Shown here: positions 29,162 to 35,685 of the stretch, piece by piece
Layout: every line of letters starts with the position of its first letter
How positions within the stretch are numbered: position 1 is the stretch's first letter
Assembly (NCBI RefSeq): GCF_031296915.1
Contig: NZ_JAVDPC010000003.1
Span: 77,246-141,245 of the forward strand
Length of the DNA stretch: 64,000 bases
DNA from: Cerasicoccus frondis
GTDB lineage: Bacteria; Verrucomicrobiota; Verrucomicrobiia; Opitutales; Cerasicoccaceae
Reading direction: 5' to 3'
Translations under genes and position numbers: made by a program
The notes under the pieces: model-generated
Told to the model about the DNA's origin: nothing
The model's database searches: none
The model's input: the letters and a program-made list of their open reading frames with translations, nothing else

Positions 29162-29258
29162 CGTAGAGTGCGCGAGTATGGCTAAAGCGACTTGGCTTGG
29201 AACCAAGTGAATTGCCCCGTTGGCCGTTCCGTGGGTTCGAATCCCACCTCTGCGACCA
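29162..29258 (+). tRNA. Class II-like (long variable arm) tRNA carrying a UGG (Pro) anticodon
   Basis: 97 nt. Acceptor CGTAGAG/CTCTGCG. Leu-like D arm. Anticodon arm CTTGG-CTTGGAA-CCAAG. 23-nt variable arm with a hairpin. T arm GTGGG-TTCGAAT-CCCAC. A73. Encoded CCA. Confidence 0.4.
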
Positions 29259-29295
29259 AGTTTCTAAATATGCTTTGCATTGCAAAGCTTCTGAT

Positions 29296-29371
29296 GGGCT
29301 CATGGTGAAAGCGAAGATCATGCAAGGGCGCGAACCTTGCGTTGGAGGTTTGAGTCCTCCTGAGCCTACCA
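29296..29371 (+). tRNA. tRNA-Arg (GCG) with C33 and T-loop TTTGAGT
   Basis: Perfect anticodon stem CAAGG/CCTTG with loop GCGCGAA. Acceptor GGGCTCA/TGAGCCT. Encoded CCA. Confidence 0.55.
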
Positions 29372-29411
29372 GCAGGGCAATGCCCTGCACCCGAGATACT
29401 GGCGTATCTCA
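29369..29411 (+). repeat. tRNA-associated tandem-hairpin repeat, copy e (variant)
   Basis: CAGGGC-AAT-GCCCTG, ACCCGAG, GAGATAC-TGGC-GTATCTC, A, followed by a T-rich run. Confidence 0.5.
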
Positions 29412-29426
29412 TATTCTTTCTTAACT

Positions 29427-29504
29427 GCAGGTGCGTGGCCCAAGGGGCAGGGGCATCAGGTTGTGAGCCTGGGGAAGTGGGTTCGAATCCCACCCACCTG
29501 ACCA
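29427..29504 (+). tRNA. tRNA-His (GTG) with a G-1 extension
   Basis: Anticodon arm TCAGG-TTGTGAG-CCTGG. An extra 5' G precedes the acceptor stem. Encoded CCA. Confidence 0.6.
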
Positions 29505-29507
29505 CCG

Positions 29508-29547
29508 CCAAGGCTACGTCTTGGAACCGAGATGCTGCCGCATCTCA
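29508..29547 (+). repeat. tRNA-associated tandem-hairpin repeat, copy c
   Basis: CCAAG-GCTACGT-CTTGG, AACCGAG, GAGATGC-TGCC-GCATCTC, A. Confidence 0.6.
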
Positions 29548-29590
29548 TGGCTTCGCGATTAGTCATGCGCTCTTCGTAACTCCCTTTCAT

Positions 29591-29662
29591 CGCAGAGTAG
29601 CTCAACGGATAGAGCTCCGGTCTCATACGCCGGCGGTACGGGTTCGATTCCCGTCTCTGCAA
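29591..29662 (+). tRNA. tRNA-Met (CAT), initiator-like (C1-A72 mismatch), without an encoded CCA
   Basis: Acceptor CGCAGAG/CTCTGCA with the terminal C-A mismatch seen in bacterial tRNA-fMet. Anticodon arm CCGGT-CTCATAC-GCCGG. A73 is followed by CTG, not CCA. Confidence 0.6.
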
Positions 29663-29669
29663 CTGTTTC

Positions 29670-29744
29670 GGGTGCATCGTCCAGCGGCTAGGACAACGCA
29701 TTGTCTATGCGAAAACGCCGGTTCGATTCCGGCTGTGCCCGCCA
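29670..29744 (+). tRNA. tRNA-Asp (GTC)
   Basis: D arm GTCC-AGCGGCTA-GGAC. Anticodon loop TTGTCTA. T arm GCCGG-TTCGATT-CCGGC. Encoded CCA. Confidence 0.7.
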
Positions 29745-29752
29745 TTTTAATT

Positions 29753-29827
29753 TACGGGATAGTGTAGTCGGTAACACCGCAGATTTTGAATCTGCTATCG
29801 GAGGTTCAAACCCTTCTCCCGTAGCCA
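29753..29827 (+). tRNA. tRNA-Gln (TTG)
   Basis: Perfect acceptor TACGGGA/TCCCGTA, D arm GTGT/ACAC and anticodon arm GCAGA-TTTTGAA-TCTGC. Encoded CCA. Confidence 0.8.
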
Positions 29828-29865
29828 AAGCAAGCTTGGAACGGAGTTGCTGAGCATCTCATTTT
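29825..29865 (+). repeat. tRNA-associated tandem-hairpin repeat, copy d
   Basis: CCAAAG-CAAG-CTTGG, AACGGAG, GAGTTGC-TGA-GCATCTC, ATTTT. Confidence 0.55.
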
Positions 29866-29884
29866 GCCATCTCAATTTTTCTCT

Positions 29885-29960
29885 GGCGCTGAACCCCAAT
29901 GGCGAGGGCGCGGGCCTGCAAAGTCCGCTCTATCGGGTTCGAATCCCGGCGGCGCCTCCA
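29885..29960 (+). tRNA. tRNA-Cys (GCA)
   Basis: Anticodon arm CGGGC-CTGCAAA-GTCCG. Discriminator U73, the Cys identity element. Encoded CCA. Confidence 0.75.
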
Positions 29961-29972
29961 ATATTTCAGCGA

Positions 29973-30040
29973 CCATGATAAACGAAGTGCGATTCTGTAA
30001 TTAACCTCGTCCTTTCGAAATATTATACTGAGAGCATGAA
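29973..30040 (+). promoter_or_regulatory. Repeated promoter-like element, copy 2, at the start of a ~500-bp AT-rich spacer inside the tRNA array
   Basis: CATGATAAACG...TCTGTAATTAACC...TACTGAGA parallels copy 1. Confidence 0.35.
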
Positions 30041-30508
30041 ACATTCTAACTAAAATAAAGACTAAACAGCGTAACTAACGATCCGCCATGATATACAAAC
30101 TGTATTCAAAATTAGCTGATAATCCGGAAAAGATTTTAAAGGAGTTTAGGCTCAGAGTGAACTTTTCTGGAGACAGGTGATAAACTAATACACGAAATTA
30201 TGACATCGCCAATTATTGTAAGCGAAACGAGATATGATTCGTCTTCAGCGGGCTCAGACATGATCAGAATCGGGACCAGTCCATTCTTTTAAAACCCATC
30301 TCGTGGTATCATTCAATTCTCGGCTCATGAGTAATTTTTGCATTCCGCCAATCACATGAATTTCTGCGCGCTCAATCGAACGTTCGGTTAGCGCGCTCAT
30401 AACCCTTTCCACGTCGGTCGACGGCGGCGTCTTGCGTCCATTTTGATGGTCTTGCGATTCGCCGTTCCGTTTCAGGCAGTCTAAGCGACGTGAGAAACAT
30501 AGACATCT

Positions 30509-30583
30509 GAGGATATAGCTCAGTGGTAGAGCAGCTCGCCGTAAGCGAGTAAGTCGGCGGTTCGATTCCGCTTATCTTCGCCA
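30509..30583 (+). tRNA. tRNA with a Tyr anticodon (GTA), class I architecture and C33
   Basis: Canonical D arm GCTCAGTGGTAGAGC. Anticodon arm GCTCG-CCGTAAG-CGAGT. Short variable loop (bacterial tRNA-Tyr is normally class II). Encoded CCA. Confidence 0.5.
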
Positions 30584-30586
30584 AGA

Positions 30587-30658
30587 GAACTGTTAGCTCA
30601 GTTGGTAGAGCAGTGGATCGAAAATCCATTAGTCTCGGGTTCGATTCCCGAACAGCAA
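30587..30658 (+). tRNA. tRNA-Phe (GAA)-like with C33 and a degenerate 3' acceptor strand; abuts tRNA-Thr; probable pseudogene
   Basis: The body closely matches bacterial tRNA-Phe (AGCTCAGTTGGTAGAGC; anticodon loop TCGAAAA). The 3' strand ACAGCAA pairs with only 4 of 7 acceptor positions. No CCA. Confidence 0.45.
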
Positions 30659-30660
30659 TC

Positions 30661-30738
30661 GGAAAAGTAGTGCAGTCAGGTTAGCGCACTGGTCTTGTAA
30701 ACCAGAGGTCGAGGGTTCGAATCCCTCCTTATCCACCA
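30661..30738 (+). tRNA. tRNA-Thr (TGT)
   Basis: Anticodon arm CTGGT-CTTGTAA-ACCAG. T arm GAGGG-TTCGAAT-CCCTC. Encoded CCA. Confidence 0.75.
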
Positions 30739-31115
30739 AAGGAAGTCACGGTTAAGACTTAAAAAATGCCACTAGCATAGGGTGCTAGCAATGCCAGTAC
30801 GAGAGGAACGCAAAGCAAAAACAAAAGCCCAAGGGGAGCCTTGGCATTTCGTGAAAGCCCGGCGCGGATTGTTTAGCAATAGGCAGTTTCGCGCCAGCGC
30901 CGCGGCCGCTTGTGTCGGCGTGGATACCGGTTGCTACTTGACTGGGCAAGACGGCGGTGCATACCGCGCACGTTGGGTATGGATGCGATTGAGGCGAACC
31001 TGAGGCAGCTTCTTTCGTGGAAATACTCTGCGTTGCAAAGTATGCGCCAAAGTCGCGCTCAGCCAACTGGCTTCCTTAAGCGCGGACCCGCGAGTCCGCC
31101 GCGTGGCTGATCGAT

Positions 31116-32759
31116 TTGTCCAACTCCCCGCGGGCCCATTTTCTTTTTAACCTAAGTGCAGACGCATGGCTGAGCGTGACCCCGGAAGGTTACGGCTGCG
31201 TGCGTTGTGTGCTTCTTCTGAAACCTCAACCCAACACGAACATGATCCCGATCAAATATGTGAACATTCCGTATGAGCACTTTGGTCTCGTTTACCGTGA
31301 CGGACGTTTCGTGAAGCTGCTGAAGCCGGGTCGCACCTGGTACTTCGATCCACTCTGGCGAGTGTCCATCGGCAAGCTCTGGCAGGGCAAGCCGTGGATC
31401 GAAATGCCGGCGACGCAGCTGCGTCAGCTTCGCGAATCTCCCGCCATTCAAGAGCACGCAGCGTTCATAGACCTGAAGGATACGCAGCGCGCGCTCGTTT
31501 GGCTGGACGGCCGTTTCCACGGCATCCTCGAGCCGGGGCTCTACGCCTACTGGAAAACCGTCGTTGAAGTCCGCGTGGAAATCATGGATGTGCGCAACAT
31601 CCTGTTCCGCCACGACGAAGCCGACGTCATCCTCAAGACCGCTGTGGCCAAGCGTTACCTAGACGTTTACGAAACTGCCGAAAACCTCGGCAGCGTAGTT
31701 TACGTGGACGGACGCTTTCACGGCGTTTACGGTCCGGGAACCATTGGCTACTGGAAGAACGGTCTGACCGTTCGCCGTGAGTCCTTTGCGCTCCCGTGGC
31801 TACCGATGCACGACAACGAACTCGAAAAGCTCCGTGAAGACGGTCAGCTCGACGCGTTCGCATCCTTCGTCGATGTTCAGGACAACCAGCGCGCACTGGT
31901 GTGGTTTAACGGCCGCTTCCATTGCATTCTGGGGCCGGGCCTCTACGCCTACCTAAAGGAAGGGCATGAGGCCCGCGTCAACCTGATCGACGCGACGATG
32001 CCGCAGTTCATCTACGATGAGCTCGACGTCATCTTTAAGCACGCCGAGGCGCTTCGCCAGCTCGCGGTTTACGAAATCGGAGACAACGAGCAGGGCGTGC
32101 TTTACCAGGATGGGAAGTTCACTGAACTTCTCTCCCCGGGCCGCTACGCGTTCTGGAAGGATGTGGGCAACGTCCGCGTCCGCCAATACGATCTGCGTGA
32201 GCAAGTCCTCGACGTGAGCGGGCAGGAAATAATGACGGCAGACAAGGTAACCCTGCGTCTGAACGCCGTGCTGACCTACCGCATCGTCGATGTCCGCAAG
32301 GCAGCTGAAACCGTGAAGGACGCCGAACAGGCGCTCTACCGTGAGCTTCAACTGATCATCCGTGCGGAAGTCGGCGGCCGCACCCTCGACCAATTGCTGA
32401 CGGACAAGACTGCGGTGGCGCACGACGCCCTGAAGTCTATCCAGCAAAAGGCCGAAGGCTACGGTCTCGCAGTCAAGGGGCTGGGTATCCGCGATGTCAT
32501 CCTGCCGGGTGACATGAAGGAGCTCCTGAACCAAGTCATCGAAGCCGAAAAGGCCGCCCAAGCCAACGTCATCAAACGCCGCGAAGAAACGGCCGCCATG
32601 CGCAGCCAGCTCAACACGGCCAAGATGATCGAAGACAACCCGACGCTCCTGCGCCTGCGAGAGCTCGAGACGGTCGAAAAGATCGCTGAAAAGTCGAACC
32701 TGCAAATCTTCGTTGGGGATGGGCAGGGGCTCACCAAGAGCATTGTCAAACTAGTCTAA
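31116..32759 (+). CDS. SPFH/Band-7 domain protein with five N-terminal tandem ~35-aa repeats (DGRF...PG.YA.WK)
   Basis: C-terminal half carries an SPFH domain plus coiled coil (...VTLRLNAVLTYRIVD...IRDVILPGDMKE...). The N-terminal half has 5 repeats of Y.DGRFhg.L.PG.Y.YWK...VR. No TM helix found. An alternative start is at 31242 (MIPIKY). Confidence 0.65.
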   Translation: MSNSPRAHFLFNLSADAWLSVTPEGYGCVRCVLLLKPQPNTNMIPIKYVNIPYEHFGLVYRDGRFVKLLKPGRTWYFDPLWRVSIGKLWQGKPWIEMPATQLRQLRESPAIQEHAAFIDLKDTQRALVWLDGRFHGILEPGLYAYWKTVVEVRVEIMDVRNILFRHDEADVILKTAVAKRYLDVYETAENLGSVVYVDGRFHGVYGPGTIGYWKNGLTVRRESFALPWLPMHDNELEKLREDGQLDAFASFVDVQDNQRALVWFNGRFHCILGPGLYAYLKEGHEARVNLIDATMPQFIYDELDVIFKHAEALRQLAVYEIGDNEQGVLYQDGKFTELLSPGRYAFWKDVGNVRVRQYDLREQVLDVSGQEIMTADKVTLRLNAVLTYRIVDVRKAAETVKDAEQALYRELQLIIRAEVGGRTLDQLLTDKTAVAHDALKSIQQKAEGYGLAVKGLGIRDVILPGDMKELLNQVIEAEKAAQANVIKRREETAAMRSQLNTAKMIEDNPTLLRLRELETVEKIAEKSNLQIFVGDGQGLTKSIVKLV

Positions 32760-32810
32760 CTCAGTCCCGGAGGGCCAACGACTCCGGGGCTTTATTTTTC
32801 ATATAACGCC

Positions 32811-33173
32811 ATGCTTGAAATTTACACCGCAAAAATTAACTTTGTGGGGCAAAGTAATCGCCCCCTCATGTCGAAGAAAATCGTTGAAGATCTTGCCTGC
32901 TCGCTCTGCGGTCGCGCCACACCGGCTAAGCATGCCGAGAAACATCACCTAGTGCCGCGATCCAAGGGCGGGACGGACACCATTGATGTTTGCCGAAACT
33001 GCGGCGACCAGGTCCATAAGCTTTTTTCGAATAACGAACTTCGCGACGAATACAACACGCTGGAGAAGCTGCGAACCGCACCGGGAATGGAGAAATGGAT
33101 CCGCTGGGTGCGCAAGCAGGATAGCTTCACCTTCTCGATGAAGTCGCCCAAGGGCCGACGCTCGGACAAGTAG
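32811..33173 (+). CDS. Small HNH endonuclease
   Basis: CSLCG...HHLVPRSKGG...CRNCGDQVH fits the HNH zinc-finger nuclease pattern. Possible start at 32868. Confidence 0.7.
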   Translation: MLEIYTAKINFVGQSNRPLMSKKIVEDLACSLCGRATPAKHAEKHHLVPRSKGGTDTIDVCRNCGDQVHKLFSNNELRDEYNTLEKLRTAPGMEKWIRWVRKQDSFTFSMKSPKGRRSDK

Positions 33174-33275
33174 CCGCGGGCATTCATTTTTTAATCAATG
33201 CAGGTAGTCCATTTGCGGGCTGCCTGTTTTACTTTGCAATACAAAGCTTTACTGCGCTGGGAGGCGCACCTAGTT

Positions 33276-34274
33276 ATGAATACCGAAGAACTGCGCCTGA
33301 TTCGGGATTGTTTACCCGAGGGGCGCACCAAGTATTATTACTTCAAAGACGCTTATCTATTCCAGATACTCAAGTGGAAACTGGGCGAGGCGCAGGCCAC
33401 GGCTTCTTCGCTCAAACAACACGCGCAATGGCAACGCTTCGCCAAGAAGGAAGCCTTCGCGCGTTACCTGTCGAAGTGGCCCGATGGCTTGGTCGATGGC
33501 GAGCGCTTGGGCTACTATTGGCCGAGTGATCAGGAGGTGCATGCGTTCCGTTTAACATTGGGCGAGTGGGGGCAGGAGCCGAGCAATCAGAACGATTCCT
33601 GGTTTCAGACTTCGCGTTCCGGCTGGAACCTCGTGCTTCAGCTGAACTTTCCCGCCGAGCATGACCGCGAATACCGCAACCTGGTTGGTCCGGATGGAGG
33701 CAGCTACTTCGCGTGGACGTTTCACCCGGTGCGCGTGGGCCAGTTTAATACGCTGGCTTGGGCGCGTCTGGATATCGACCTTGATCGCGGCGTGGCCTTG
33801 ATTGAGGAAATTCAAACCGACTGGCTACGCGAGGCTGCGGATCAACGTAGTCACTTGGCTAAGGAACTGAAGCGCGGTCAGCTGAAGCTCGATGACCGCT
33901 GGTGGCAGTCCACCGTGGGGAACGTGATCAGCTACTTCGATCGCAACCTCGAGCCCTTGCTCGATGTGTGGGACGAGGCCATGTTGTCGGCGGCCCTGTG
34001 GTTCCTCTACAAGGAGCTCGGCGTTTCGCGGGTGTATTATCACACGTGGGAGTCGGGGCTGCTCTACAAGCAGTTGACGGAAGACAGCGCGCCGCCGCGT
34101 TCACTCTACACCAAGCTGCCGAAACGATTCGGTTTTGAAAAGGTGGAGATGGGCCCAAGTTTCCTCGACGAGGCGCAGAAGTCTCGCCGTTTCTGGAAGC
34201 GGCGCAAGGACAAGCGAACCACCGCAGCCTGGTGGCGTCTGGACCTGGAGCCCGCCATTCAATTCGCCAAATAG
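33276..34274 (+). CDS. Hypothetical protein (333 aa), unknown function
   Basis: ATG at 33276 is preceded by GGGAGG at an RBS-appropriate distance. No motif recognized. Confidence 0.5.
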   Translation: MNTEELRLIRDCLPEGRTKYYYFKDAYLFQILKWKLGEAQATASSLKQHAQWQRFAKKEAFARYLSKWPDGLVDGERLGYYWPSDQEVHAFRLTLGEWGQEPSNQNDSWFQTSRSGWNLVLQLNFPAEHDREYRNLVGPDGGSYFAWTFHPVRVGQFNTLAWARLDIDLDRGVALIEEIQTDWLREAADQRSHLAKELKRGQLKLDDRWWQSTVGNVISYFDRNLEPLLDVWDEAMLSAALWFLYKELGVSRVYYHTWESGLLYKQLTEDSAPPRSLYTKLPKRFGFEKVEMGPSFLDEAQKSRRFWKRRKDKRTTAAWWRLDLEPAIQFAK

Positions 34275-34295
34275 GCATAGTGAAAAGGGGAAAAG

Positions 34296-34335
34296 GGCGG
34301 CCCGGCCTTTTTGGTTGGCCGGGCCGCCTATCATT
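34296..34335. terminator. Bidirectional-looking terminator hairpin (12-bp perfect stem GGCGGCCCGGCC) with flanking T-run
   Basis: GGCGGCCCGGCC-TTTTTGGTT-GGCCGGGCCGCC followed by TATCATTTTT. Confidence 0.6.
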
Positions 34336-34503
34336 TTTAGCTGAAGGCATCCTCTCCGCATCCTGCGCCGTTCGACTGTTGCTGCCCAATTATTGCCGGG
34401 AGCATAAAAGCTGTTGAGTGGTTTGCTTCCATGGCAAAGCGCATTATAGCTTTGCGTGGACATGCATCGGTGTGTCATGGATTAATCCCTCTCCAGTCTT
34501 GTT

Positions 34504-35685
34504 ATGCATTATCGACGATTTGGCCGAACTGAAATTCAAATGCCCGTAATCACTGCCGGTGGCATGCGCTACCAACAGTCATGGGACGACATTCCTGCGG
34601 ACAAAATTAAGGCGGAGGAGCAGGAGCGCATCACGAGCTGCATCCACCGTGCACTCGAATTGGGAATTAACCACATCGAAACGGCGCGTGGCTATGGCAG
34701 TTCGGAAGTGCAGTTGAAGCGTGTATTCAAAGACATTCCACGCGAAAAATATATTTTGCAGAGCAAGGTGGCGCCGCAGGAAGACCCGAAGAAGTTTGAA
34801 GAGATTCTGGAAAATACCTTCGACCGATTGGGCTGTGAATATTTGGACCTGTTTGGCTTCCATGGCATCAACTTGGACAAAATTCTCGACTGGACCGTTC
34901 GCAAGGGCGGCTGCATGGAGGTCGCGCGTCGCTGGCAAAAAGACGGCCGCATCAAGCACATTGGTTTTTCCACCCACGCGCCTTGCGACGTCATCGTCCG
35001 CGCGGCCGAGACGGGTGAGTTCGATTACGTGAACCTGCACTGGTATTTCATCAACCAGACAAACTGGGCCGCTGTTGAGGCAGCGACCAAGCAGGACATG
35101 GGCGTCTTCATCATCAGCCCGAACGACAAGGGCGGTCAGCTTTTTAACCCGCCGCAGAAGCTGGTGGACTTGTGCGATCCGCTGACGCCGATGGGCTTCA
35201 ACACGCTTTTCTGCCTGCGTCGTCCGGAGGTGCACACGCTAAGCGTAGGCGTGGCGCAGCCGGATCAATTTGACCCGCAGATCGACGCGCTCGAACACTA
35301 CGACAACATCGATGCGACCATTGCGCCGATCGAGCAGCGGATCAACGACGCCATTGCCGCCGAGCTGGGCGCCGATTGGTGGCCGAGCTATGTCGAGGGT
35401 TTGCCGAGTTATTTAGACGCTCCGGGCGAAGTGAACCTGCAATACATTCTGCGGCTTTGGACGCTGGCCAAGGGCCTCGATATGGATGGCTACGGCAAAT
35501 ACCGCTATGGCATGCTTGGCAATGGCGACCACTGGATGGGTGGCCAGAAAGCAACCGACTTTAAAGACGAAGACGTCATCAATGCGGTCAATGGCCACCC
35601 GTTTGCCGAAAAAATTCCAGGGATCCTGCGCGAAGCACACGAAATGTTTAAGGGCGAGGAGCGTAAGCGCCTCTCCAGCGCTTAG
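34504..35685 (+). CDS. Aldo/keto reductase family protein
   Basis: GINHIETARGYGSSE and the overall AKR pattern. Confidence 0.8.
   Translation: MHYRRFGRTEIQMPVITAGGMRYQQSWDDIPADKIKAEEQERITSCIHRALELGINHIETARGYGSSEVQLKRVFKDIPREKYILQSKVAPQEDPKKFEEILENTFDRLGCEYLDLFGFHGINLDKILDWTVRKGGCMEVARRWQKDGRIKHIGFSTHAPCDVIVRAAETGEFDYVNLHWYFINQTNWAAVEAATKQDMGVFIISPNDKGGQLFNPPQKLVDLCDPLTPMGFNTLFCLRRPEVHTLSVGVAQPDQFDPQIDALEHYDNIDATIAPIEQRINDAIAAELGADWWPSYVEGLPSYLDAPGEVNLQYILRLWTLAKGLDMDGYGKYRYGMLGNGDHWMGGQKATDFKDEDVINAVNGHPFAEKIPGILREAHEMFKGEERKRLSSA

Noticed and set aside
30372-30629. 85-aa minus-strand ORF in the tRNA array
   Set aside because: It overlaps the tRNA genes and the AT-rich spacer. No coding signal.
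31953-32705. 250-aa minus-strand ORF and other ORFs inside the SPFH gene
   Set aside because: Antisense to the SPFH protein gene, whose repeats and SPFH domain are clearly on the + strand.
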